From assembly GCF_030144855.1 (NCBI RefSeq), contig NC_082720.1, positions 85,560,001 through 85,624,000 of the forward strand: a stretch of 64,000 nt of DNA. Direction: 5' to 3'. The notes below the pieces were generated by a model. That model saw only the letters and a program-made list of their open reading frames with translations, ran no database searches and had not been told where the DNA came from. This stretch comes from Hypanus sabinus. Taxonomy: Eukaryota. This document shows positions 39,990 through 53,680 of this stretch, one piece after another. Position numbers and translations under genes: made by a program. Within the stretch, counting starts at the first letter, position 1, and the number at the start of each line of letters is the position of its first letter.

Positions 39990-41625
39990 AGGCTACAGAA
40001 GGACTTGGGTTAGGAGAATGGGTAAAGAAATAGCAGATGGAATACAGTGTTGGGATGTGTATTGTTGTGCACTTTGGTAGAATATATTGAAAACGTGTAT
40101 TTTCTAAATGGAGAGAAAATACAAAAAATTGTGATGCAAAGGGACTTGGGAGTCCTTGTGCAGGATGCCCTAAAGGTTAATTTGCTGGTTGAGTTTTTGG
40201 TGAGGAAGGTAAATGCAATGTTAGCATTCATTTCAAGAGGACTAGAATATAAAAGCAAGGATATAATGTTGAGACTTTATAAAGCACTGGTGAGGCCTCA
40301 CTTGGAATGTTGTGAGTACTTTTAGACCCCTATTCTTAGAAAGGATGTGCTGAAACTGGAGAAGGCTTAAATAAGGTACACGAAAATGATTCCAGGATGA
40401 AATGGCTTGAGGAGCGTTTGATGGCTCTGGGCCTGTATTCATTAGAATTCAGAAGAATGAGGGGTAACCTCATTGAAACCAGTTGAATGGTGAAAGGCCT
40501 TGATAGAGTGGCTATGGAGAGGATGTTGCCTATGGTGGGAGAGTTTAAGATCAGAGGACACAACTCGGATTAGAGGGTCATCCTTTTAGAATAGAGATGA
40601 AGCAGAATTTCTTTAGCTAGCGAGTGGTGAATCTCAGAATTCTTTGTCACAGGCAGCTGTGGAGGCTAAGTGTTTATGTATATTTAAGGCAGAGGTTGCC
40701 CTAATCTCAAATAATAATGAGGCAGCCTACAGAGAAGAAGTCATCACCCTGACACAGTAGTGTCAAGAAAGCAATCTCTCCCTCAATGTCGCAAAAATAA
40801 ATGAGCCGGTCGTGGATTACAGGAGGAATGGAGACAGGCTAACCCCTATTGACATCGCTGGGGTTGAGGGGGTGAACAGCTTTAAGTTCCTGGGCATGCA
40901 CATCACCAAGGATCTCACATGGTCTGTACATACCGACTGTGTTGTGAAAAAGGCACAACAGTGCCTCTTTCACCTCAGATGGTTGAAGAAGTTTGGTATG
41001 GGCCCCCAAATCCTAAGGGGCACAATTGAGAGCATCCTGACTGACTGTATCACTGCCTGCTATGGGAACTCTACTTCTTTCATTTGTAGGACTCTACAGA
41101 GAGTGTTATGGATAGCCCAGTGCATCTGTAGATGTGAACTTCCTTACTATACAGGACATTTACAAAGGCAGGTGTGTAAAAAGGGCCCAAAGGATCATTG
41201 GGGAACCAAGTCATCCCTACTACAAACTGTTCCAGCTGCTACCATCTGGGAAATGGTACCGCAGCATAAAAGCCAGGACCAACAAGCTCTAGGACAGCTT
41301 CTTCCACCAGGCCATCAGACTGATTAATTCATCCAATAATAATTGTATTTCTATGTTATTTTCATTGTCCTGTTGTGCATGCTATTTATTATAAATTACT
41401 ATAATTTGCACATTGCACATTTAGATGAAGATGTAACATAAAGATTTTTAGTCCTCCTATATATGAAGGATGTCAGAAGTAAAGTCAATTCAAGATTCAT
41501 GATTGGTCAGGGCATGAAGGGATAGGGGAGAAGATGAGATTTGGGCTGAGAGGAAAATAGGATGAAATGGCAGGGCAGAATTGATGGGCCAAATAACCTA
41601 GCTTGGCTCCTATATCTTATGGTCC
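39990..41625 (+). mobile_element. CR1 LINE 3' part interrupted by Rex1
   Basis: QRDLGVLV..LYKALVRPHLECC; resumes at about 41493 to the CR1 3' end (ctcctatatcttatggtc). Confidence 0.85.
40699..41492 (+). mobile_element. Rex1/Babar LINE 3' part nested in CR1
   Basis: SFKFLGMHITKDLTWS..KKAQQCLFHLRWLKKF. Confidence 0.85.
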
Positions 41626-42141
41626 TTCGTTAAGACTTTTCAGCTATCTTATCTCAAATTCTGAAATCTGCAGATTTCCTGTCTTTCCATCCTTTTGGCA
41701 ACTTTGGCATGTGAGCATTGTTGTGAATCTTGCTGCACACAGCTAAGCCCCCAGAGAAGCAATGTGTTAATAATCAATCTGGATTTGCGTATTGTCTGAA
41801 GCTGACTGAGAATACTTGGACAGTTGTTCGGGGTTTGTTGTTGGATATCTTGATCAGCTGCATGTGGAGCTCTACCGATCTGGTTAATGAAATGCATACC
41901 AATGCTAATACTAGAATTTCCATGTTTCTGTGGAAATCCTGATGTCTAGTGTTGCAGCATCTTCTGTTCTTGTGATGCGTGATGTAGAAGGTCAACAAGC
42001 CAGCAGAGGTTTCCATTGAGTTTGCATTACATTAATGAATAGAAGAATTCACCTAGTCAAAAGAATGTGATATTAATGAAAAAAATATTCCGAACTAAAT
42101 TTCTTGATTGATAATGCAGAAATATTGTTTGTCTTTTGCAG

Positions 42142-42197
42142 ATGTCTTTATACCAACACCAGACAACTTGTTGGTGAATTTGAATGAAAGCAAAGAG
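42142..42197 (+). CDS. SEC24A: SEC24A exon 12
   Basis: ttttgcag|AT..GAG|gtaaat; 56 nt; DVFIPTPDNLLVNLNESKE. Confidence 0.95.
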
Positions 42198-42872
42198 GTA
42201 AATGTGATGTATTTATATTGAACAGAGGTTCCATGAGGTTTTTAAAAAATATATATAAAACAACAATACAAATTTGGAAGATTGATAATCTCAAGTATTT
42301 TGCAATGCATCATGAAACTATTGAGTATTGGACTTGATACAACTGCAACCACACTCATAAGAATTTGGTTGCTGAACTAGTTGATTATTACACCTGGAAC
42401 CATAATATTATTGATTATTGGACTTGTTTGGTTCATGTTCACCATAATCATAATCGATTCAGATAGTAAAATCTGACATGCAGGAGATAACATGAAGTAC
42501 CTATGCCATTGAAAAGATAAATCTTACTCGGCGATGTAAAATTTCCCTCCTCTGTTAAATTGTGGAGCTGTCGTTTGTAAAGTTAACTCTGACTCGTACC
42601 TGGCGTCATTAAGTTCCCTTGTAGAAAGCAATTGTGAACTCTATAATTGGATAAATTAAAACACACTTTTATTAATTCAGATTATTTCAATATTTTGATA
42701 GACCAAACTACAAGGTTTTTTTTTTGCCTTCTCGTTTCCTGGGGGGGCGGGGGGGATCTTTTTTTTCCCATTCATATCTAGGATATAAATAGTAGATGCC
42801 TATAGCCAATACAGGTATGAGCTAATTTTTGTCAAATTTCACTGATACCAGAATGTTTAGTACATGCAAGTT

Positions 42873-43200
42873 TAGAAACATAGAAAACCTACAGCACAAC
42901 ACAAGCCCTTCAGCCCACAAAACTGTGCGGAACATATCCTTACCTTAGAAATTACCTAGGGTTATCCATAGCCCTCTTTTTCTCTAAGCTCCGTGTAACT
43001 ATCTAGGAGTCTCTTTACAGACACTATCGTATCTGCTTCCACCACCGTTGCCAGCAGCTCATTCCATGCACTCACCACTCTCTGCGTAAAAGAACTTTAC
43101 CCGACATCTCTGTACCTGCTTCCAAGCACCTTAAAACTGTGCCCCCTTGTGCTAGCCAATTCAGCCCTGGGAAAAAGCCTCTGACTATCCACACGATCAA
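42873..43200 (-). mobile_element. CR1 3' end fragment (shorter sister copy at about 51768-51866)
   Basis: tagaaacatagaaaacctacagcac..ccttaccttagaaattacctaggg shared by both copies. Confidence 0.75.
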
Positions 43201-43240
43201 GAGCTGTTAGGATTGCCTCAGTTTGTTTAACATGTGAACT

Positions 43241-46200
43241 AATGTCAATGGACTTAATGGACCTGTGAAAAGAAAAAGAGTTTTAACATATATTAAGAAA
43301 ATGAAAGGAGATATAGCTTTCTTACAAGAAACACATTTAACAGAAACAGAACATAAGAAATTAAAGAGAGATTGGTTTGGAAATGTCATTGCAGCTTCAT
43401 TTAATTCAAAATCGAGAGGAGTTGCAATTTTGGTTAATAAAACTTTACCAATTAAAATACAAAATGTAGTAATTGATTCTGTGGGGAGATATGTGATTAT
43501 ACATTGTCAAATTTTTTCAGAATTATGGACTCTTATGAACATTTATGCACCAAATGAAAATGATGCAAAATTCATACAAGTTTTTTTGAACTTGGCTGAT
43601 GGATATGATAAAATATTAATAGGTGGAGACAATTTTTGTTTGGATCCAGTTTTGGATGGGTCAACTAAAGTTGCTACAAAATCAAAAGTAATAAAGCTAA
43701 CTTTATCATTAATGAAAGATTTAAACCTGATTGATATATGGAGAAAAATTAATCTATGAGAAAGAGACTATTCATTTTATTCAAATAGACATAAAACTTA
43801 CTCAAGGATTGATTTTTTTTTATTATCAAAAAATATTCAGGATAGAGTGAAAAGTATGGAATATAAAGCAAGAATACTGTCAGATCATTCCCCCATGTTA
43901 ATGATGGATAAGGAGGAATCGATCTACAGATGGAGATTTAATTCAATTTTATTAAAATGTCAAGATTTTTGTGATTTTATGAAAAAACATTCAATTTTTT
44001 TTGGATACAAATTCGCATTCAGTTGAGGATAAAATTGTATTATGGGAAGCGATGAAAGCATATTTAAGGGGTCAGATTATAAGTTATACATATCGTACAG
44101 AAAAAGTAGTTATGAGAACTAAACAGAAATGTTATGAATTAGGTGAAAGATCACATAAGATTCTTGCTTGGCAGCTGAAAACAGAACAGGCTTCTAAAAC
44201 AATAAATGCAATTAGAACAAGTGCAAATAAGATTACTTATAAACCTTTAGAAATTAATGAAACTTTAAAAAAATTTTAACTGAACTATATCAATCAGAAT
44301 CACAAAATAAGATTGCTGAGATAGATAAATTTTTATCACAAATAACCCTTCCAAAATTAAATTTGGAAGAACAGAAAGGATTAGATATGCCCTTTACATT
44401 AAAAGAGGTTGAAGAAGCTTTAGGATCACTTCAGAGTAATAAATCCCCAGGAGAAGATGGTTTTCCTCCTGAATTTTATAAAAAATTTAAAATTTATTAA
44501 TTCCTCCTTTTATGGAATTAATATACCAAGTGGAAAGAATGCGTAAACTCCCACAACCTTTTTTAACAGCGATCATAACTGTATTGCCAAAAAAAATAGA
44601 GATCCTTTAAAACCAACATCATATAGGCCTATTTCTTTGTTGAATACAGATTATAAAATAATAGCTAAAATTTTATCTAATAGAATATCTAAATATTTAC
44701 CAAAATTAATACATATGGATCAAACAGGTTTTATTAAAAACAGACAATCAACAGATAATATAACCCGGTTAATTAGTATAATTAATTTGGCACAAAAAAG
44801 AGAGGAAATGAGTATGGCAGTTGCTTTGGATGCAGAAAAAGCTTTTGATAGATTGGAATGGGATTTTTTATTTAAGGTATTGGAAAAATATGAGTTAGGA
44901 AAATCTTTTATAAAATGGATTAAAACCTTAAATACTAATCCTCAAGCTAAAGTAGTTACAAATGGTCAGATTTCAACACCATTTTGCTTAACGAGGTCAA
45001 CTAGACAAGGCTGCCCATTATCACCTGCTTTATTTGTATTGGCAATAGAACTATTAGCTGAATTAATTAGAACAGATTCAGACATTGTGGGCTTTAGAGT
45101 TAATCAAGAAGAATATAAGATTAATTTATTTGCTGATGATGTTTTGATTTATTTAACAAACCCATTGCAATCTTTGCAAAGACTATCTTTTAGATTGGAA
45201 GAATATGGGAAAATATCAGGGTATAAATTGGGATAAAAGTGAAATTTTACCCCTTACCAAAGGAAATTATAATCAATGTCGATTAGTAACTCAATTTCGA
45301 TGGTCAATAAATGGGATAAAATATTTAGGTATAAGAGTCGATAATGATGTAAGAAATTTATATAAACAAAATTATTTGCCATTATTAAAAAAAAATAAAA
45401 GAGGATCTTGATAAATGGATGATGTTACCAATAACATTAATAGGTAGAGTTAATGCTGTAAAAATGAATATATTTCCTAGATTGCAATATTTATTCCAAA
45501 CTTTACCAATACAATTGCCTCAGAAGTTCTTTCAAGAACTGAATAAATATGTAAGGAAATTTCTTTGGAAAGGAAAGATGTCAAGAATATCATTGGAAAA
45601 ATTGACATGTAAATTTGATTTAGGAGGGTTACAACTTCCAAATTTTAAGAATTATTATAAAGCAAATCAACTTAGATTTATTGCGTCTTTTTTTGATGAA
45701 GAAAAATTGGCATGGATTAGAATAGAATTAGATAAGATAGGAGAAAACATACTAGAAGATTTTATATATAAATGGGAATCCAAATGGATACGGGAAAAAA
45801 AAGAATCTCCTATATTAAGACACTTGATTGATTTATGGAATAAAGTAAATATGCACGATGAGATAAAGAAATCTTTATTAGCAAAAAGAACTTTAATTCA
45901 AAATAGGCTTATTCCTTTTACAGTGGATAATAGACTTTTACATAATTGGTTCCAAAAGGGGATTAAATATGTAGGTGATTGTTTTGAAGGAGGTATATTG
46001 ATGTCATTTGATCAATTAAAAAATAAATATAAAATATCAAACAACACTCTTTTCTGTTATTTTCAATTAAAGGCTTATTTACGAGAAAGGCTGGGTCAAA
46101 CAGTGTTGTTGCCAAAACCTAGTGAAATAGAAATATTAATCCAAAAGGAAAAATTAAAAAATTTACATCCTGTATGTACAATTTGATTCAAAATCAGACA

Positions 46201-47048
46201 GTTAAATCAGGAATTCATAAATCAAGACAAAAATGGGAATCTGATTTGAATATTAAAATTGATGGGAAAAGCTGGTCAAGATTATGTTCTGATAGTATGA
46301 TAAATACAATAAATGTTCGACTTAGTACAATATAATTTTTTACGTCAATTATATATAACACCACAGAAAATAAATAGATTAAATTCAAATATGTCTGACC
46401 AATGTTTTCGATGTAATCAAGAAATTGGTACTTTTTTACATTCTACTTGGTCTTGTTTTAAAATTCAATCATTTTGGATAAATCTAAGACTTTTATTGGA
46501 ACAAATTACTGGAGTACAACTCCCACATAGTCCAATATTATTTTTATTAGGAGACATTGAAGGGACAATACTGAAACTTAAATTGAATAAGTATCAGAAA
46601 AAATTTATAAAAATTGCATTGGCAGTAGCCAAAAAAGTTATCGCAGTTACTTGGAAATCTGACTTATATTTAACTATGGATCGTTGGAATAATGAAATAT
46701 ATAGTTGTATTCCACTTGAAAAAATTACATATAATCTAAGAAATGAATATGATATATTTTTGAAAATTTGGCTCCCTTACTTACAAAAGATAGGATTAAG
46801 TATATAGGTCCTTTGAAGATAAAATTATAAGGTAATTGGGGAAAGTAAAAGTAAAAATTAAAATCATTTTGAACTCCATGGAGCATGTGGGGATCCTCCG
46901 ATATCCAGGCAATCTTTCTGTTTCTTTTTTTTCTTTCTTTAGATAAGGGTTAAGGGGGGGAGGGGAGGGTCAATTTTTTTTTTCTCGTCTCTATTTTATC
47001 ATTACATTTGTTCTTTGTAATTTTCTAAAAATTTAATAAATAAATAAA
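43241..47048 (+). mobile_element. L1-clade LINE, 5'-truncated at the start of ORF2, frameshifted
   Basis: NVNGLNGPVKR, FLQETH, SRID, SDH, LDAEKAFD, TRQGCPLSP, LFADD, C-terminal CFRC..HSTWSC; AATAAA plus A tail; 12-bp TSD aacatgtgaact (43229-43240, 47049-47060). Confidence 0.93.
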
Positions 47049-47100
47049 AACATGTGAACTTGGACCTAAAGTAATTATACATCTTTTTGTTTTATTTCAG

Positions 47101-47307
47101 CTGATCCAAGACTTGTTAAGAAACTTGCCACAAATGTTCACCAATACATTGGAGACTCAAAGTGCTCTAGGTCCTGCCCTACAGGCTGCATATAAATTGA
47201 TGTCCCCAACTGGCGGACGTGCCTCTGTCTTCCAAACACAGTTACCTTCATTAGGTGTAGGTGCTCTAAAATCTAGAGAAGATCCCAATCAAAGATCTAG
47301 CATAAAG
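47101..47307 (+). CDS. SEC24A: SEC24A exon 13
   Basis: tatttcag|CTG..AAG|gtaggt; 207 nt; ETQSALGPALQAAYKLMSPTGGR. Confidence 0.96.
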
Positions 47308-47550
47308 GTAGGTTGCTGGTTGTTTTCCCAATATTTCATCAGCTTGTGATATTCTTAACTACTGTTAAAGCTAAAGTATGAATTACATTTGTTGCAGTTG
47401 GTTCTTCATAGTTATTCATAAAAAGATGCGTGAATATTTTGTAAATGAAAAATATAGGATACTTAATCTGGGCTTAATCTGATTGCATGTGCAAATACTA
47501 AATATCTTCTGAATTTTTCTTTCTAAAATGCCTTTTTAAAATATTTTAAG

Positions 47551-47674
47551 GATGTCCAGCATCTTTCGCCAGCGATTGATTTCTACAAGAAACTTGCCCT
47601 GGATTGTTCAGGGCAACAGATTGCAGTAGACCTCTTTATGCTGAATGGCCAGTATTCTGACCTGGCATCTCTGG
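47551..47674 (+). CDS. SEC24A: SEC24A exon 14
   Basis: ttttaag|GAT..CTGG|gtaagt; 124 nt; DFYKKLALDCSGQQIAVDLF..QYSDLASL. Confidence 0.95.
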
Positions 47675-48289
47675 GTAAGTAAGTCTAGTGTTCGTGATGC
47701 GGGAAGTTAAACTCTAATTGCTGTACTTGAGCTAATGGGGTAAGTATTTTATCAACGTGTTTAATTCTAAATGCCTTCACATCCACTACAACATTTTGAA
47801 ACCTGGCATTTAATTGCAGTGTCATTACAAAAATTGCTTATTTCATATTACACAATAACTCCTATTTTGGCCACTGCCTTTGGTTGTTTGCTTTTCGTGA
47901 TTATAGCAGCGTTTTTGTTACTTTTAGATTGAACTATTCCAATGCTGTTGCCTGACCATTCATTTTATATACCCCCATTCTTATGATATCTAACATTTCT
48001 GACTGTTTTCTCCTACCATGTTCACCACTTGGCCTAATTGACCAGCATTAGGCCCTGTCAATTTTAATGTTGTCTTCCTCAAGTTCAAGTTCCCTTTCTT
48101 CTATCTGTTCCCATCACCCTGCAAGACCTGTCCATTCTTTCACCTCAGCCTCTTGTGCATGAATTACTCACTTTGCCATTGCAGTGTCAGGTGCAGTATG
48201 ACATCTGTGGCCAAAATACAAGCTATAGAATTCTCTTTTAAAATTTGTCTCTTTCTTAAAGTATTCTTTTAAAATCTACATGATTTTCT

Positions 48290-48449
48290 CCATTGTCCTT
48301 CGCTTGGACAACATCGGTGGCGTGGAGAGGGGAGACTTGTAGCTTGGGCAACTGCGGGTCTTCCATTTAAAAAAAACCTTACCCAGGCTTGCACCCTGGA
48401 AAATTTCCAAGGCGCAAATCCATGGTCTATCAAGACTAACGGAGGCCTA
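48290..48449 (+). mobile_element. Short 5'-truncated retro-insertion
   Basis: 14-bp TSD with one mismatch: ctacatgattttct (48276) / ctacatgtttttct (48450). Confidence 0.7.
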
Positions 48450-48470
48450 CTACATGTTTTTCTAAACTTC

Positions 48471-50063
48471 TAGTGTTTATCAAAAGTGTTCACCCCCCCA
48501 CACCCCCGGAAGATTTCACGTTTTATTGTTTTACAACATTGAATCACAGTGGATTTAATTTGACTTTTTTGACACTGATCAACAGAAAAAGATTTTCATG
48601 TCAAAATAAAAGCAGATCTCTACAAAGTGATCTAAATTAATTATAAATATAAAACAAAATAATTGATGCATAAGTAATCACCCCCTTCAAGTCAGAACTT
48701 GGATGCACTTTTGGCAGCAATTACAGCCTTGAATCTATCGCTATCAGCTTTGCACATCTGGACACTGCAATTTTTCTTCATTCTTCTTTACAAAACTGCT
48801 TAAGCTTGTGTCATATTGCATGGGGATTGTGAGTAAAAAGTCCTTTTCAAGTCTAGTCACAAATCCTCAATTGGATGACTTGGCCACTCCAAGATGTTAG
48901 CTTCGTTGTTTTTAAGCCATTCCTGTGTAGCTTTGGCTTTATGCCAATGGGTCATTGTCTTGCTAGAAAATAAATCTCACAAGGCGCAGTTCTCTTGCAG
49001 ACTGCATCAGGTTTTCCTCTAGGATTTCTCGGTATTCTGCTGCAGTCATTTTACCCTCTACCTTCACAAGCCTTCCAGGGCCTGCTGCAGTGAAACATCC
49101 CCACAGCATGATACAGCCACCACCATGCTTCACAGTAGGGTTGGATATGCAGTGTTTGGCTCACACCAAACATAGCTTTGGCCATCAGACCAAACAGGCT
49201 CAATTTTGATTTCATCAGACCATAGAGCCAACTTCCTTCCAGCTGCCATCAGTGTCTCCCACATACCTTCTGGCAAACTCTAGCTGAGATTTCATGTTAG
49301 CTTATTTCAACAATGACTTTTTTTGCCACTGTTACATAAAGCTGTGACTAGTGAAACACCTGGGCAACAGTTATTGTATGCGCAGTTTCTCCCATCTCAG
49401 CCACTGAAGGCTTGTAACTCCTCCAGAATTTTCGTAGATCTCTTGATGGCCTTCCTCACTAGTCTCCTTCTTGCACGGTCACTCAGATTTTGAGGGCAGC
49501 CTACTGTAGGCAGATTCACAGCTGTGCCATGTTCTTTCCATTTCTTGATAATTAACTGTACTCCAAGGGATATTTGAGTGACTTGAAAATTTTCTTGTAT
49601 CCATCTCCTGATTTGTGCTTTTCAGTAACCTTTCTGTGGAGTTGCTCAGACTGTTCTTTTGTCTTCATGGTGTAGTTTTTGCCAGGATACGGAGTCATCA
49701 GCAGTTGAACCTTGCAGATACAGGTGTATTTTTACTATAATCAATTGAAACACCTTACTGCACACTGGTCTCTAAAAACAGATCTTCATTTAACTAATTA
49801 TGTGACTTAAAACCAATTGGCTGCACTAGTAATGATTTGGTGTGTCATATTAAAGGGTGGTGAATACTTAAGCAATCAATTTTATTATATTTATATTTGA
49901 AATTAATTTAGTTCACTTTGTAGAAATCTGTTTCCACTTTGGCACAAAAGAGTCTTTTTCTGTTGATTAGTGTCAAAAAGGCCAAATTAAATCCACTGTT
50001 CAATGGTGTAAAACAATAAAACACGGAATCTTCAAGGGTGGTGAATACTTTTGATAGGCACTA
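48471..50063 (-). mobile_element. Tc1-type DNA transposon with long TIRs, decayed
   Basis: Termini agtgtttatcaaaagtgttcacc / ggtgaatacttttgataggcact with roughly 200-bp inverted repeats; minus-strand transposase remnants (ttggagtggccaagtca, catggtggtggctgtatcatgctgtgggg). Confidence 0.85.
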
Positions 50064-50240
50064 TATTTGACCATGTGGCATTTGCTAATAAAATATTCAG
50101 TGAAATACTCTGGAATGGTTTGCTGCATTTTTTAATAGAAAATATTACATTTGTGCAAGTTATTTAAGAGGGAAATATAATTTGTGTGCTTTTGTTTTTG
50201 TAGTTCTATCTAAATTTGACAATTTGCTAATATTTTTCAG

Positions 50241-50399
50241 CTTGTATTTCAAAGTTTTCAGCTGGTTGCATTTACTGCTACCCGTCCTATCATCACAAAC
50301 ACAATCTTGTCCAGGTGGAGAAATTTCAAAAGGACTTTAAGCGTTACTTGACAAGAAAGATTGGCTTCGAAGCAGTCATGAGGATACGTTGTACAAAAG
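50241..50399 (+). CDS. SEC24A: SEC24A exon 15, followed by a GC donor
   Basis: ttttcag|CT..AAAG|gcaagt; 159 nt; RYLTRKIGFEAVMRIRCTKG. Confidence 0.94.
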
Positions 50400-50585
50400 G
50401 CAAGTCACCAATTAGAACATTCAGGTGCAGGAAATCAAAACTGTTATAAATTACCTCTACTTCTGCAGTGTTTAGGAGCTCTTGTAACTAGATTTTACTA
50501 TGAGGTATAGCTTGAAAGACAGTTTAATTTCAGAAATGTTGCCATTTTGAAAATGAAGTAATAAAATTTGTTCTTCTCTCATCAG

Positions 50586-50759
50586 GCCTTGCCATCCATA
50601 CTTTCCATGGAAACTTCTTTGTGCGTTCTACAGACTTGTTGTCACTGCCCAACATTAATCCTGATGCTGGGTTTGCAGTACAGATGTCAATAGAGGAGAA
50701 TCTGGTGGATGTGCAGCTTGTCTCATTTCAAGCTGCCCTATTGTATACTTCAAGTAAAG
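50586..50759 (+). CDS. SEC24A: SEC24A exon 16, beta-sandwich domain
   Basis: ctcatcag|GC..AAAG|gtgtgg; 174 nt; HTFHGNFFVRSTDLLSLPNINPDAG..FQAALLYTSSKG. Confidence 0.95.
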
Positions 50760-52697
50760 GTGTGGACAAACAAAAACATTGATTTCTATAAGTTTCAGCA
50801 ACTACTCCCCTCTCCTTGGCTTTGTTGGCCCTTATCCCAACAGACTCATTACCCCTTCTATTTCCCCTTTTGATCTTCCCATTCCACATTCCTCCCTCCA
50901 GTTCCCCTCCACATCTCCTTCCCTTTCTTCCTTGCTCCACCGTCATCTCCTATCAGAATCCATCTTCTTCAGTCCTTTGTCTCTTCCACGCAATACTTCC
51001 CAGCTTTTTGAGATCATTTCCATTCTCTTTCACCCCCACTTACCAAACTGTCCCCTCACACCTGGATTTTCTGATCACTTGCCCACCCCTTTAAACCAGC
51101 CTGTATTATTTGCTTCATCTGCTCCTCCTGATGTAGAGTTCTTTTCCAGGAGAGTTGTAAATTCCTTACCTTGAGGCTCATGTGGGATTAAATCATTGGT
51201 GTTTTCAAATACAGAGTAAGATATACTTTTGAAAGATTAGATATTTGAGGTTTGTGGGGGACTAGCTTGGAAGAGAAAGTTATGCTTATCGGCTATTATC
51301 GTATTGAAAGGCAATCCTGACTTCCAATTGCCCAGTGGCCTATTTCTGCTCTTAATTTCCTTTGTTAATGTGTTCTTGCACTCCTCCCGTTATATTTGGA
51401 AACTAAATGGGTGTAGTTAGTGTAAGTGAATATGATATTTGTAATCGTTTAGCAATATTTGCTCTATCGGATTTATTGGGAATTGTTTTGCTTTTGGTCT
51501 TTGGCACCTCCACGTGTGTAGAACTATCTATGCTTCTATGATAAAAGTGAAATCCTGTAGGCTAGATATACAAAAAATGCTGAGCAATCTGGGCATCCTT
51601 TGGAGTTATGATCAAGGTTTGTTAGCCTGTAGTGCTAATCAAATAAAAGATTTGAATCTCCCTTCGAGCTTATTTTTTCCATACATCTTCAGTGAGTGTT
51701 ACTGATAGGCATGTCTACTACTTCTCCACTGCCTCCAAATTCCAAATCTGGTACTGTATATTGAATTTAGAAACAGAAAATCTACAGCACAATACAGGAC
51801 CTTCGGCCCACAAAGCTGTGCCAAACTTGTCCTTACCTTAGAAATTACCTAGGGTTACCCATAGCCATAACTTGAGTATATTTTTCAAGCTTAATATAGG
51901 CTTAGCATGATTTCTGATTTACCATTTCTCCATTTTTTTTGTAATTGAACCCATTTCATTTCTAAAAAGTCTTATTACTTTCAACAGCTGTTTTATGTAT
52001 ATTTCTATCTCATTCTGTTTGTTTACCTCAGTTGTCAAGCAGCATTATCTTTCAGGTGGTTGATTGAAGTTGTTCCATAAGCAGGTGGTTGGGGTTGGGT
52101 CTGGGCGCAACAGCAGACTCTCTTTGGCTCTCTTACAAATGCAGCTTCCTCTGTACGTACAGGACAACTAATATCTCTGAATGAGTGCACAAGTAAATCT
52201 GATTTTTGGTGTGGCAATGTGCTTATTCCAAGTCTTTTCTCCCATTGAATAGAAATGGTCCTACACCAAAAGCAGATGTAATGTTGCTAGCCACTTAAGT
52301 CTACTGAAGAGTTGCTCTGTTCCGACTTCATTCATTATTGATTAGTATTCAATCCAATGTTTATACACTTCCCTATCCTATTTGTGTTTTTGCATTCTTT
52401 GCTATTTTCCATACCTCTGCTTGTAATACTTTCTTGGGTTTGAAGGTTTAATGCACAATTTCAAGGTCTAACTTAAACAGTTTTCCTCTCCCTTTGAACG
52501 TATTGCCTCCATCTCCTCGCCACACTTCCCTGAAGTTCCTTGCTGAGGCAAGATTCAAAGAATACCAGGTATTGAAGCTTGATGGGGAAAAAATACCACA
52601 GAAGGTTGTGTTGCACTCGTTTAGTGTTTACATACTGCCATTTTGTAACCAATTCAAATATTTAAAAAATTGAAAACTGTGTCTTGAAACACTGCAG

Positions 52698-52808
52698 GTG
52701 AACGTCGCATTCGGGTTCATACGATGTGTCTGCCAGTTGTGAGTTCACTCGCAGATGTCTATGCAGGAGCTGATGTTCAGTCTATTACTTGTTTGCTGGC
52801 CAGCATGG
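52698..52808 (+). CDS. SEC24A: SEC24A exon 17
   Basis: actgcag|GT..ATGG|gtaagt; 111 nt; GERRIRVHTMCLPVV. Confidence 0.95.
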
Positions 52809-53680
52809 GTAAGTGCCTAAACTCAGCCTGTCAGAGTTTTGTTTGAGAAATTGCACGTTTTGGTTTTCTCTGAGCACATAAATGGAGGTTCTCCCTTTTT
52901 GGACAGGCCCGTTAGATCTTGTAGAATACTTCAGTGTATGAGATCAATGTATATCCACATACCCAGACTGTGGTTTTACTTTTGTTAAATGTTGCCCTGG
53001 CATCTTACTTTCGGTAGTCATGCCTCTACAGACCATTTCTCTGATGCGTACGCAGATATATTTTTTGTCAATGACGTCACCCTCTGGCACTACTGTGCCA
53101 ATATGTGCTGGTCTTTCAAATCTCAAAGCAGATTATCATAATGATAATGCAATGAATTCCAGAGTACTTGCAAGAGGACTCATTAATCTAGCCACAATAT
53201 GGCCTGACAGGCTAGGCCTGATGTGGGAAGCCCTTGACTGAGTCTCAAATAAGGCATTCAGGACTGAGATAAGATTTTTTTCAGTCAGAGGGCCGTAAGT
53301 CTTCTGGAGTTCTCCATCTATAAGGGTGGTGTAGACTGGAAATAGACAGTACAAGGAAATAGCACAATCACTTTCTGAAATATAAGGATTTCAGGATGTA
53401 TATTGTATACATTTTTCTGACATTTAATGTCATTTAATAGCTTATTGAAACCTATTGAATTTTTCTCATTGTGTGGACATTATTTAAAAATTAATAATTG
53501 AGGTCTACTTGTTGAATCTATCTGCTAAGCTAACCTGTTAAGTAAAGAACTGTTATAGAGAAGAGTATTATTGTGTAGAACAGTTCAAGAAAGCCGAGCA
53601 ATGCAATTTAATCTTTGCAGGGTGATGCAAGATTTCAGTTTTGAATATGATCGTGCTTTGCCTCTTTTTTTTAAATTTAG

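Noticed and set aside
43265-46807. Active or domesticated L1 ORF2 gene
   Set aside because: Several frameshifts and stops, an internal deletion near 44090, and no ORF1 or promoter
50779-51174. Pro/Ser-rich 131-aa ORF
   Set aside because: Pyrimidine-rich decayed repeat sequence (probably Penelope 3' region); low-complexity artefact
52900-53200. Intronic snoRNA candidate
   Set aside because: No convincing C/D or H/ACA box arrangement with terminal stems
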